From: an uncultured Tepidisphaerales bacterium
Lineage (GTDB): Bacteria > Planctomycetota > Phycisphaerae > Tepidisphaerales > Tepidisphaeraceae
Assembly (NCBI GenBank): GCA_964388485.1
Contig: CAYMAS010000008.1
Coordinates: forward strand, 24,423 to 88,422
Reading direction: 5' to 3'
DNA length: 64,000 bases
The position numbers were made by a program, and so were the translations under genes. Shown here one piece after another: positions 18,601-26,428 of the stretch. The stretch's first letter is position 1. Every line of letters starts with the position of its first letter. The notes under the pieces were generated by a model. It was not told the origin of the DNA and made no database searches. It was given only the letters and a program-made list of their open reading frames with translations.

Positions 18601-21600
18601 GGGGGTTCCGCCGCCCGTTCCGGCGAGCAGTTCGAGTTCGGCCAGTTGCACCAGGCCGGTGCCGCCCAGGCCGTTCTCGGTGCTGCCGTTGTTGTCGAGG
18701 ATCTGAAGGCGGTACCGCTCGTAGGCCGTCGTGTTCGAGACGTCGAACGTCCGCGTCTGGAATCGGCTCGAGAAGGTCTCGTCGGTGAACGTCTGGCCGA
18801 CGTTCGACCACGAGCCGCCGTTGGAGCCTTGGAGCACGAAGTCGCGTGGATCGCGTTCGGGCCGGTCGTTGGCGCTGGTGATCTTGAAACTCGTCACGAC
18901 GTGCTTCGTGCTGCCGGCAAAGTCGTAGCTGAGCCAGGCGCCGCTGCTGGTCGTGTTGCCGAGCCACTTGGTCGACGTGTTGCCGTCGAATGCCTTGGCG
19001 GCCGACTCGTTGGCGACGGGTTCACTCGACGCCGCGGCCGATCCGCCGACCGCGACGTTGCCGACGCTGCCGCCGGACGAGCCGCTGGGCGTGACTTCGA
19101 TCCACTGGATCTTGGCGTTGCTGCCGCCGGTGCCTTGGCTGATCGTCAGCCGGCCGTCGGTGACGCTTACCGACCCGACCAGCGTGTCGCGATTGTCCTG
19201 CCCGTCGGGATCGGCGAACAACGTGCCTTCGACGTTCAGCGAGTTGATCTGGTTGCTGTAGCTCGGATCGCCGGCACCGATGACGACGTCGTAGGTGCCG
19301 TTGGCCAGAGCCAGCTCCCAGGTGCGCGAGCTGCCGAGGGCGAAGTGGTTGAGCGTGTCCCACTTCTGATCGGCGTCGGCGTTGCGGTCACGGGTGTTGT
19401 TGTTCGACCCGCCGAGCCAGCCGTAGGTCTCGCCGTTGCGACTGCCATAGCTGCCGCCGGTGTCGGCGAGGTAGCCGCCAGGCGTCGAGACGCCGCCGGG
19501 TTGGAAGTTGATGCGGATCGGGTCGCCCGAACCGCCGCCGGTGGAGCCTTGCTTCTCGAAGGTGATGGCGTCGAGGTCGAAGCTGCCGCCGATGATTTCG
19601 AGACGAAGCACCTGCTCGCCGGCCGAAAGCGTCTTGTTCGACAAAGTCGTCGTCGTGAAGGTGTTCCAGCCGCCTGTGTTGGTGAGGTTGGTGAACGTGC
19701 CGAGCGTGCTGCCGTCGAGCTTGACGCGCACGTCGCCGGGGTTGCTCGATCCGCTGGCGTAATTCAGGACCAGGTCGTAGGTGCCGGCGTCCTGGACGTC
19801 GACGGTGTACTCGAGCCACTCGCCGCTTTCGTTGTACCCGACGGCGAGGTTGTTCGTAGCGCCGCTCTTGTTGCTGATGTCGACGCCTTCGCCGGAGCGA
19901 TAGCTGCTGTTGCCGCGATTATTGCCGTCGTCGTCGTTGTACGCGACGCCCTGGCCGCCGTTGTCGAAGTTTTCGAGTTGTAGAAGTGCGTTGTCATCGA
20001 CGTCGAAGGCCGAGCCGCCGAATGGCGATTGCCCGGCCGGCGGCGGCGGGGCGTCGGAGTCGCCGTAGACGAAGCTGTTGCCGGCGAAGCCGACGTAGAC
20101 GCGGCCGAAGACGTTCATGTCGCCGTTGAAGGCACGGACCTCATCGAGAATGCCGCCGGGGGCGTTGTCGATCTTGTCCCAGGTCTGGCCGTTGTCGATC
20201 GAGCGGTGGATCTCGGCTTTGCCGTCGACGAAGCCGTAGCCGAAGACGGTGGCGAAGTTGCTGCCGGGTGCGGCCTTGCCGAAGCCGACGTTGAGGGCCT
20301 GATCGAAGGGCCCGACCCGGTCCCACGTAACGCCGCCGTCGTTGCTGCGGTGCAGGCCGCCGTTGGTGCGGTTGTTGATCTGGTCGACGTCGGCGATCCA
20401 GAGGTGGCCCTGTTTGTCGGGCATGGCCTTCATTCGGCCGTGGACGAAGTTGGACTGGAAGCCACCGGGCGGGTTGTCGTTAATCTTGGACCACGTTTCG
20501 CCGAAGTCGGTGCTTCGGTAGATGTCACCATTACCAGAGGTTCGCCAGGCGTAGAAGGTCGAGCCATCGACCGGGTCGGCGACAAGGAGCTTGGCGTGGT
20601 GGAAGTAGGAGCCAATGAGTCCGCCGGGCAAACCTGAAACCTTGTTCCACGAGTCGCCACGATTGTCGGTGTAGTAGGCCTCGGCACCGGTGCCGGGAAT
20701 CCAGACCATGCGATCCACATTCGTGGAGCTGACAGCGATGTTGCCGTAGCGAAGGGCGTTCGGGTGATTCTCACTGGCATCGCCCGAAATCTTGGGCACG
20801 CCGATGGAGTCGAAGACGTTCCAGGTTCGCCCGCCGTCGTCGCTCCAGCCGCTGTAGTGCGTCGGCGGGCGAGGAACATTAGGCTTGTCCTGACTGATCA
20901 TTACGACGAAGTTGGGGTTCTGGTGGCTGTAATCCAGATCCCAACCGTTCGAGAAGTCGTTGCCCTTGAACGTTCCCAGCCCGTTGGCTTCGGCATTATC
21001 GCGGATCAGGTGCTGGTCCGGGTAGACCTCCGGATCCTCGTGCACGAAGCCGCTGCGGTCCCAGACGCTGGTCACGATGTCGCCGCCGGGCGGGGCGATG
21101 ACATCGGTGGCGACCATCTCCTCGATGCCCGCCGAGATGCCGTTCCAGCCGATCCTGTTGTCGCTGAGATCGGTCGAACGCCACACGCCGATGCCCTGGG
21201 CGAACCACATCCGGCCGTCGACGTGCGGGTCGAAGGCGATGTCGGCGGCGGACAGGTAGTTCTCGTTCGTCCACATGTGCCACGGCACGTCGGCCGAATT
21301 GCGCTCGAGGCCGGCCCTGTCCCAGGTGTCGGCACCGTCGGTGCTCCGGAACATCGTGTTGCCGCCGTTGACGACGTAGACGTCGTTCGTGTCGAACGGG
21401 TTGACGGCGATGTCGAGGTACGAGTCGCCGGCGTTGCGCGGCGTGACGTCGCGCCAGGTGCCGACGTTGGCATCGAACTCCCACACGCTGCCGGCATTAA
21501 TGTAGGTCGTTTCGCCGCTGTCTCCAAAGTCGCCGTCGTTATTGAGGTCTACTTGAATCCTCCAGTCAGGGTGGTTGCTTCGGCTGTCACTCGAAACGTA

Positions 21601-22473
21601 CAGCTTGCGGTCGGCGGTGAACTCGGCATCACGCCAGTCGCGGCCGGTCTCGGGCTCGCCCGAGCCGCCGGAGATCTTGGCGAAGCTGAAGCCGGCGTTC
21701 TCGGATCGCCAGATGTCGCCTTCCCGCTCGATCGCGTAGACGTAGCGGGCGACGTCGCCGTTGCCGCCTTGGTTGGTCCTGTCGGCGTCGATGATGACTT
21801 CGCGGATGTCTGCATTGCCGGGAATGCCGGCGTTGCCGCCGACGCCGTTGGTCCGCTTGGACCAGGTGTCGCCGCCGTCGGTGCTTTGCCAGAGGCCGTC
21901 GAAGTTGCTGCCGTAGAAGAGGTTGTTGCTGTTCTGCGGGTCGACGGCGATGCGTTCGCCGTCGAGTCGACCGGTGCCGTTGGGCTCGATGTCGACGCGT
22001 AAGTCGCCGGCCGTCCAGGTGTCGCCGCGGTTGGTGCTCCTCCAGACGGTTGCCAATCCGTCGGGAGCACTGAAGGTCGTGTAGACGGTATCGACGTCCT
22101 GCGGGTCGACGGCGATCGCGCCGGTGCCGTGACCGACCTCGCCGGCGAAGGAGCTGGGCAACGACTCCTGCGTCATGAGCGGCGTCCAGCGGGCGTCGCT
22201 CTCGCTCCATCGGTAGGCGTTGCCGACATCGGTGCGGACGTAGGCCAGGTCTTGCTCGAGCGGGTGAATGACGACGCCGGTGACGAACCCGCCTCCACCG
22301 ATGTCGATGTCGGACCAGGTGTAGCTGCCGCTGATGTCAGCGAGCAGGCGGCGGTGTTCGAGGGTTTCGACAGCCGCTCGGTGAAGCCGCAACGTGGCAG
22401 GTTCAGGAGCAGGTTCAAGAGCGGCGGCTTGTCGGGACGTACGGCCAGCCATGAAGGCACAGGGGTTCAACAT
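15697..22473 (-). CDS. Giant multidomain protein: GH74-like double propeller + CBM6 + malectin-like + F5/8-type-C + CBM-like + unassigned 730-aa module
   Basis: ORF 15697..22614(-). Start placed at the ATG at 22473, preceded by GGAGGA. GH74 hallmarks: IGGGGFVTGVVIHP, YVRTDVGNAYRW, GERIAVDPQN...GLWQSTDGGDTWSK, repeated SxDxGxTW Asp-boxes. Confidence 0.85.
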   Translation of the reverse strand: MLNPCAFMAGRTSRQAAALEPAPEPATLRLHRAAVETLEHRRLLADISGSYTWSDIDIGGGGFVTGVVIHPLEQDLAYVRTDVGNAYRWSESDARWTPLMTQESLPSSFAGEVGHGTGAIAVDPQDVDTVYTTFSAPDGLATVWRSTNRGDTWTAGDLRVDIEPNGTGRLDGERIAVDPQNSNNLFYGSNFDGLWQSTDGGDTWSKRTNGVGGNAGIPGNADIREVIIDADRTNQGGNGDVARYVYAIEREGDIWRSENAGFSFAKISGGSGEPETGRDWRDAEFTADRKLYVSSDSRSNHPDWRIQVDLNNDGDFGDSGETTYINAGSVWEFDANVGTWRDVTPRNAGDSYLDIAVNPFDTNDVYVVNGGNTMFRSTDGADTWDRAGLERNSADVPWHMWTNENYLSAADIAFDPHVDGRMWFAQGIGVWRSTDLSDNRIGWNGISAGIEEMVATDVIAPPGGDIVTSVWDRSGFVHEDPEVYPDQHLIRDNAEANGLGTFKGNDFSNGWDLDYSHQNPNFVVMISQDKPNVPRPPTHYSGWSDDGGRTWNVFDSIGVPKISGDASENHPNALRYGNIAVSSTNVDRMVWIPGTGAEAYYTDNRGDSWNKVSGLPGGLIGSYFHHAKLLVADPVDGSTFYAWRTSGNGDIYRSTDFGETWSKINDNPPGGFQSNFVHGRMKAMPDKQGHLWIADVDQINNRTNGGLHRSNDGGVTWDRVGPFDQALNVGFGKAAPGSNFATVFGYGFVDGKAEIHRSIDNGQTWDKIDNAPGGILDEVRAFNGDMNVFGRVYVGFAGNSFVYGDSDAPPPPAGQSPFGGSAFDVDDNALLQLENFDNGGQGVAYNDDDGNNRGNSSYRSGEGVDISNKSGATNNLAVGYNESGEWLEYTVDVQDAGTYDLVLNYASGSSNPGDVRVKLDGSTLGTFTNLTNTGGWNTFTTTTLSNKTLSAGEQVLRLEIIGGSFDLDAITFEKQGSTGGGSGDPIRINFQPGGVSTPGGYLADTGGSYGSRNGETYGWLGGSNNNTRDRNADADQKWDTLNHFALGSSRTWELALANGTYDVVIGAGDPSYSNQINSLNVEGTLFADPDGQDNRDTLVGSVSVTDGRLTISQGTGGSNAKIQWIEVTPSGSSGGSVGNVAVGGSAAASSEPVANESAAKAFDGNTSTKWLGNTTSSGAWLSYDFAGSTKHVVTSFKITSANDRPERDPRDFVLQGSNGGSWSNVGQTFTDETFSSRFQTRTFDVSNTTAYERYRLQILDNNGSTENGLGGTGLVQLAELELLAGTGGGTPGGSGAFQQNSSGLVSMQAESFANSVTRNPYSWTSKSGGNGGNHMEAGPDDTQKRFEANESSQSPRLDFEVEFNRTGTHYVWVHGRAGGSDPGESDSLHVGINGSAVSTADQMNGYGVNFNWNQNTMDGSVATVNVPSIGVHTINVWMRENGFDFDQIVLHSSSSYTPSGNVPESSKTGGGGGDPPPTGNGQTPQFWVDQIEQQPEPTGLLADLQLAAGVYVTRDTADTTAADSRYPQAAAALETWIDTGGGRQLLDKFINGQPFTAAEEPFRSVVVGVWYAIGRDVERGGHDHYLADELNLTDAELDQAEADRDLMLSEKVDESRGLASLRNGYVSGLLTSEDVQNISDYRIAKNTKSGGESFLPAHLGLHPLDLRDNVVGFAFDRVSGTEERFIGESLPDFHVREFDDVRQSSTFNEVGTPDVGFRRPLTEQGVLEYLWPMRAFDVSNNASGKPVATVKSQFEGPTSEPGIVSVQELRDGKPLILFSNAGTDIPFARGIGMIPLALDNFGDAIDWKFTATTIHDFYYAARDYNDYTKTEGPDEQHHSWDEEERARRLSQVLVQHPQIDDIDVYIDTNEQLYKDRLFAGGGQNIFYLVDENNIVQDVSGGAFQAVNNFNDTEFQLIELLDQGGTGDTTMSTLEQRRTDSADDPIVMLANATVTSIDGDDVLVDWQGRSLRLDKLAHTVYEDDRDAGSLADVVVGEKVAAFTRLSRLAPNHNFVWPEITTRSGDQLSETFSRNLGNGITIDGSFIGDGNVMEELVLVLDDLSGGNGVVPTERIRVVDFTTGDEERAAYYEADSIWRSGRVLSVNGGQRTITVRTDLFDSNDSNGRSIRDQWDAANVDYNLDPQAIRRHQIVDNWIAGSRDVTYRVPDGHSLTLNGQYVTGFGNVQVNDRVTIRMRLSDADAAEPVSTFTRVTRLPSSSSDASTGNAFEDKRVEHTGRALGVTSPIRSLFDDEGNALDV
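15830..18030 (-). other. Unassigned C-terminal module ('module X'), paralogous to the 39597..41882 product (approximate bounds)
   Basis: Runs from QTPQFWVDQIEQQ to TFTRVTRLP. Shares many ordered blocks with the stand-alone protein (see findings). Confidence 0.8.
18120..18585 (-). other. Further CBM-like beta-sandwich (approximate bounds)
   Basis: VSMQAESF...LDFEVEF..TGTHYVWVHGRA...DSLHVGINGS...INVWMRENGFDFDQIVL. This pattern recurs in secreted glycan enzymes; exact family not recognised. Confidence 0.4.
18625..19050 (-). other. F5/8 type C (discoidin, CBM32-like) module (approximate bounds)
   Basis: AKAFDGNTSTKWL...AWLSYDF...VTSFKITSANDRPERDPRDFVLQGSNGG..W pattern. Confidence 0.7.
19095..19525 (-). 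other. Malectin-like beta-sandwich module (approximate bounds)
   Basis: IRINFQPGG...GGYLADTGGSYG...YGW...NGTYDVVIGAGDP...VTDGRLTI pattern. Confidence 0.45.
19550..19990 (-). other. CBM6/CBM35-like module (approximate bounds)
   Basis: LQLENFDNGGQGVAY...GEWLEYTVDVQDAGTYDLVLNYAS...TGGWNTFTT...LDAITFE is the classic CBM6 pattern. Confidence 0.7.
20060..22335 (-). other. GH74-like tandem 7-bladed beta-propeller region of the giant protein (approximate bounds)
   Basis: Runs from SYTWSDIDIGGGGF to GNSFVYGDS. Both GH74 catalytic-Asp contexts appear retained (RTDVGNAYRW; VWDRSGFVHED). Confidence 0.7.
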
Positions 22474-22723
22474 CGGATCCTCCAGACGATTAGGACGTCG
22501 CCGGCCCCACATTGAGGCCGGCAGGCTCTCCCACCTGATGATCGCCACAACCTCCTCCAACGCCGCCGAACCGGCGAAAAGATCGCAACGATGCGAACCT
22601 ATCGAAATGGGCAAGCCGTTGCAATCCCACCAGCCTCATCAGACAGATTTTTTCGCACATTCGGCGCTGGTGTCGGTTCTGGATCGCCGGCTCAAGCCAT
22701 AACGCACCCTTCGTCACTCTCGC

Positions 22724-22735
22724 TGCAACGTTGCA
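22724..22735. promoter_or_regulatory. Perfect palindrome TGCAACGTTGCA (LacI-type operator candidate)
   Basis: Lies in the divergent intergenic region, about 83 bp upstream of ATG 22813 and about 256 bp upstream of ATG 22473. A weaker relative, TCGCAACGATGCGA, is at 22583..22596. Confidence 0.65.
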
Positions 22736-22812
22736 ATGCGACTGCTCGTTGGGTAAGGTGATGGCGATATGAGTCGGCCTCTGCCCGCCGGCTCGATCTG
22801 CAGGAGGAATCT

Positions 22813-24636
22813 ATGATCACAGCCCATCACCGCCGCCAGGCCGCACGCCTGCTGCTCACCACCGTTTGCCCGCTCTTCGCCGCTGGAAGCGTCTCGGCTC
22901 AGCTTGGCGATTTATCGTCCGAAGTCTTCGAATTTCAGGAATGGACCCTCACCACCGGCTCAGCCCCGGCCAACCCCTACGAGGTCGATGCCACCGCCAC
23001 CTTCACGCCCGTCGACGGCGGGGCGGCACTGGAGACGGGCGTGTTCTATGACGGCATCGACGGCAGCGGACAGCACGTTTACAAGTTCCGGTTCACCGGC
23101 ATCGAAGCTGGCCAAACTTACAACGTTGCCACCTCCGGCGACCTAGGCGTGCAGACGGGCAGCTTCACCGTCGCGCCCAATGCCAATGGCAACGCTACCG
23201 GCTTCCTCACGAACGTCGGTAACAAGTTCGCCCGCCAGGTCGGCAACGACGGCCAGGTCCGCGGCGAGTTGTTCAACGTCTACATGAATCTCACGGCGTA
23301 CAACACCGAGCAGCTGACCACGCTGGCCGACGAGTCGACACGTCAAGCTTATTTCGACGAAGTCAAGGCCAACGGCTCCAATGCCGCCTTTGTCGCGCTC
23401 AACAACGAGTGGTTCGAGCTGGGCACTCAGAAGCGGATTGAACTCACCGGCACCGGCCCGTTCAACCCGGACCTCGACACGTTTGCGATCCTCGAGGAGA
23501 CGATTCAGCATGCGCGACGCGAAGGCGTGCACCTTCACATGTGGGCGTGGGGCGACGACTCCAGTCGTCGGCGATGGACCCCGCCCGGCGACGACAAGTC
23601 GCTCGACGTTAACGGCACCAACGACCGGCGCCTGCAGGAGTACATCGCCGATCGGCTCGCGCCGCTGCCGGGATGGTCGATGGGCTACGGCTTCGACCTC
23701 AACGAGTGGACCGACGACTCGGAGATCAACGACTGGGCCGGCTTCGTGCAGAGTGAATCGACCCGTGACCACCTGCTCTTCGCCCGCCACTACGCCGCAA
23801 GCGATGGCCCCGACGTCAACAATGGCGGCGGCGGCAACTCGCGTCGGGCCGACAACCTCAGCGGCCACTCGTACGCCACCGAAACTGACTTCGACGGCAG
23901 CGGCAACCCGCGTCCAGAGGGGCCCGGGCTGGAGACGACGCCGCTCGGACCGACCGGATACGCCGAGATCGTGAGCGACCTGCGAGCCGGACCTGACAAG
24001 CCGCACCTTTACGAGGAACGCTTCACCTTCAACCGCTCCAACGGCTACTGGAACCAGGACCGCACGCGGCAATTCCACTGGCTCGGGGCGATCGCCGGCG
24101 GCGTGGGCAACTGGTGGGGCTTCTTCCCGAAGTCGCCGGGAGAGCCTGATGCACCCGTCGATGGCGGCTATCCCGAGCCGCTGCGGACGCAGCTGCAAAC
24201 GTTCCGCACCTTCTGGACCGACAACAACCGGCTCAAGCTCGACATGGAGCCGGCTAATGAAATTACCGGTAACACCGTGCTCGACGGCGGCAGCGACACG
24301 CTGCAGTACGTCCTGCTGAGTGAGGCCGAAGATTTGGCCGTCGTCTATGCCGAGGAGACGGACACCATTACGCTGAATCTAAGCCAGATCGATGACCCGG
24401 ACTTTGCGGCGGGCGTGAAACTGACGCTCGTCGACGTGTTGGCGTCGTACGACGAGATCGACCTCGGCGGCTTCGCACTGGAGGACATCGTCCTCGACCT
24501 GAACAACTACGACCTCCCCGGCGACGCGACGAGCGACTGGGCCTTGGTCATCACGCCCATTCCCGAGCCATCGACGGCCGCGGTAGGCCTCGTGACCGGC
24601 CTCGTGCTGACCGCCCGGCGCCGTCGCTGCAACTGA
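22813..24636 (+). CDS. DUF5060 + DUF4038/GH140-like TIM-barrel protein with PEP-CTERM anchor
   Basis: GGAGGA 5 nt before the ATG. Signal peptide present. ANPYEVDATATFTP...GVFYDG...YKFRFTG is DUF5060-like. C-terminus IPEPSTAAVGLVTGLVLTARRRR is a PEP-CTERM tail. Confidence 0.7.
   Translation: MITAHHRRQAARLLLTTVCPLFAAGSVSAQLGDLSSEVFEFQEWTLTTGSAPANPYEVDATATFTPVDGGAALETGVFYDGIDGSGQHVYKFRFTGIEAGQTYNVATSGDLGVQTGSFTVAPNANGNATGFLTNVGNKFARQVGNDGQVRGELFNVYMNLTAYNTEQLTTLADESTRQAYFDEVKANGSNAAFVALNNEWFELGTQKRIELTGTGPFNPDLDTFAILEETIQHARREGVHLHMWAWGDDSSRRRWTPPGDDKSLDVNGTNDRRLQEYIADRLAPLPGWSMGYGFDLNEWTDDSEINDWAGFVQSESTRDHLLFARHYAASDGPDVNNGGGGNSRRADNLSGHSYATETDFDGSGNPRPEGPGLETTPLGPTGYAEIVSDLRAGPDKPHLYEERFTFNRSNGYWNQDRTRQFHWLGAIAGGVGNWWGFFPKSPGEPDAPVDGGYPEPLRTQLQTFRTFWTDNNRLKLDMEPANEITGNTVLDGGSDTLQYVLLSEAEDLAVVYAEETDTITLNLSQIDDPDFAAGVKLTLVDVLASYDEIDLGGFALEDIVLDLNNYDLPGDATSDWALVITPIPEPSTAAVGLVTGLVLTARRRRCN
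23118..23131. promoter_or_regulatory. Intragenic operator-like site TTACAACGTTGCCA
   Basis: Contains the CAACGTTG core. Centre is 395 bp from the centre of the 22724..22735 palindrome. Confidence 0.35.
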
Positions 24637-24652
24637 ACCTTTGGAGGACCCT

Positions 24653-26230
24653 ATGCCTGAAACGAACCATTCCATCCGCAGCATTGCCGCTGCCGCCACC
24701 GTTACGCTCGCCGCCGCCTTTGCCACCAATGCCGAAGCGCAGGTCTCAACGCCCGACGGCTATCGCTACATCAGCACGTACTTCGACGGCAATCGCGCCC
24801 CGGGCCAGAGCGGCCTCTCCATCGCCGGCAGCGACGACGGCTTTCACTGGAACCGCATCAACATTCCTAACTTCCGCCCCCAGGTCGGGCCTTGGCAAAA
24901 CTTCGCCGACCCGAGCTTCGACCGTGGACCCGATGGCACTTACCACATGGTCTGGACCACCGGCAACGACGGCTTCGGCTACGCCACCTCCCAGGACCTC
25001 GTCAACTGGGGCAACGAGCGGTTCATCGAGATTCCGCGAATTGGTCCCTTCCAGGGTGAGAGCATGCTCTTCACCTGGGCCCCGGAAATCACCTACATCC
25101 CCGACGAAGAACGGTTCGACATCATCTTCTCACAGGCGAACGAATCGTTCGACCCCAACAAACGCACGGTCGCCGACTTCAACGGCTATCGCGTCAGCAC
25201 AACCGACTTCCAGACCCTCACCACGCCCGTCCGCCTCTTCGGCGACAACCCTCCGATCCGCGACATCGATGCCGTCGTCCACCCGACCGACGACGGCTAC
25301 GTGATGTTCACCAAGCGGGAGAACGTCATCCCCGACGTGAGCCCGAAGCAGAAGGACGGCATCTACGTCTACCAATCGCCCAACCGCGACGGACCGTGGA
25401 CGAAGGTCAGCGGCCGGTTGCCGGGCAACATCGCCAACAGCGAAGGGCCCTCGCCCGTGGACATCCGCGGCAAGACGATCGTCTACTACGACCAAACCAG
25501 CGGCAGCAACAACGGCAGCAAGCTCAAGGCCGTACGAACCGATGACTTCGAGAACTTCCAGGACATCAGCGAGCTGATGTACGGGCCCAACAACTTCCGC
25601 CACGGCACGATGCGGCAGGTCGACTTTTCGATGCCCGGCCAAGGCTCGATCACCCGCACCTACTGGACCGATCTGCCGGGCGCCGACGTCGATGACCTCG
25701 CAGACTCCGGCCGACTCGACACGCCGACCGGGCAGGATAAATTGCAGTTGCTCGAGAGCGTCGACTGGGAAGATGACTCCGAATGGCGAGGGCTTGATGA
25801 CGATTACGCCCAGCGCATCGAGGGCTACTTCACAGCACCCGAAACGGGCGAGTACACCTTCTTCGTCAGCGGCGACGACAGCGTGCGGCTGTCGCTCAAC
25901 CTTGACGGCGAGGCGGTCGACGGTGCGACGATCATCGCCGAATTGACCAGTGCGACCGACTTCCGCGAGTGGGACAAGTTCGCGTCGCAGCGTTCGCAGT
26001 CGCTCACGCTGGAAGCGGGCGAAAGGTATTACCTCGAATTGCTCCACAAGGAGTCCGGCGGCGACGACCACTTCAGCGTCGGCTGGCTTCGACCGGGACA
26101 ATCCGGCAACGCCCCGACCGGGCTTGTGCCGGGCTACGTCCTGACACCCATTCCTGAGCCTGCTGCGGCAGCTGCACTGGCTCCGCTTGCCGGCATCCTG
26201 CTTCGCCGGTCTCGAACCGTCCGTCGTTAG
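24653..26230 (+). CDS. GH43-like five-bladed propeller + PA14 domain protein with PEP-CTERM anchor
   Basis: GGAGGA before ATG 24653. Signal peptide present. ADPSF...YHMVWT, SQDLVNWG and WAPEITY are clan GH-F-like. YFTAPETGEYTFFVSGDDSVRLSL...YYLELLHKE is PA14-like. Tail TPIPEPAAAAALAPLAGILLRR. Confidence 0.65.
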   Translation: MPETNHSIRSIAAAATVTLAAAFATNAEAQVSTPDGYRYISTYFDGNRAPGQSGLSIAGSDDGFHWNRINIPNFRPQVGPWQNFADPSFDRGPDGTYHMVWTTGNDGFGYATSQDLVNWGNERFIEIPRIGPFQGESMLFTWAPEITYIPDEERFDIIFSQANESFDPNKRTVADFNGYRVSTTDFQTLTTPVRLFGDNPPIRDIDAVVHPTDDGYVMFTKRENVIPDVSPKQKDGIYVYQSPNRDGPWTKVSGRLPGNIANSEGPSPVDIRGKTIVYYDQTSGSNNGSKLKAVRTDDFENFQDISELMYGPNNFRHGTMRQVDFSMPGQGSITRTYWTDLPGADVDDLADSGRLDTPTGQDKLQLLESVDWEDDSEWRGLDDDYAQRIEGYFTAPETGEYTFFVSGDDSVRLSLNLDGEAVDGATIIAELTSATDFREWDKFASQRSQSLTLEAGERYYLELLHKESGGDDHFSVGWLRPGQSGNAPTGLVPGYVLTPIPEPAAAAALAPLAGILLRRSRTVRR

Positions 26231-26283
26231 GCTGCGTCGTGGGCAGCGAACAAGAACTCGGTTAGACGTCGAGCAAGGTCGAG

Positions 26284-26320
26284 CCGCACCGCCCAAGTAA
26301 GGCGGTGCGGTCGTTCGTTG
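26284..26320 (+). terminator. Hairpin terminator candidate for the 24653..26230 unit
   Basis: 10-bp stem CCGCACCGCC/GGCGGTGCGG (26284..26293 / 26301..26310), 7-nt loop, followed by TCGTTCGTTG. Confidence 0.5.
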
Positions 26321-26358
26321 GGGATTCGGTCCCGTCCTGACCCTCCCAACGTGGCCGT

Positions 26359-26393
26359 ACCAACAAAACGTCCACGGCTTCAGGCCGTGGACG
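26359..26393 (-). terminator. Intrinsic terminator for the 29058-to-26429 unit
   Basis: 10-bp stem 26369..26378 / 26384..26393, loop TTCAG. The minus strand continues TTTTGTTGG. Confidence 0.65.
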
Positions 26394-26428
26394 CGGGACA
26401 AGCTCCAAGCTTCAGCTCGTTACCAGGT

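Noticed and set aside
17722-19983. 753-aa plus-strand ORF inside the giant gene region
   Set aside because: Antisense to clearly homologous CBM and GH74 sequence. Val/Ala/Gly/Arg-rich with no motifs.
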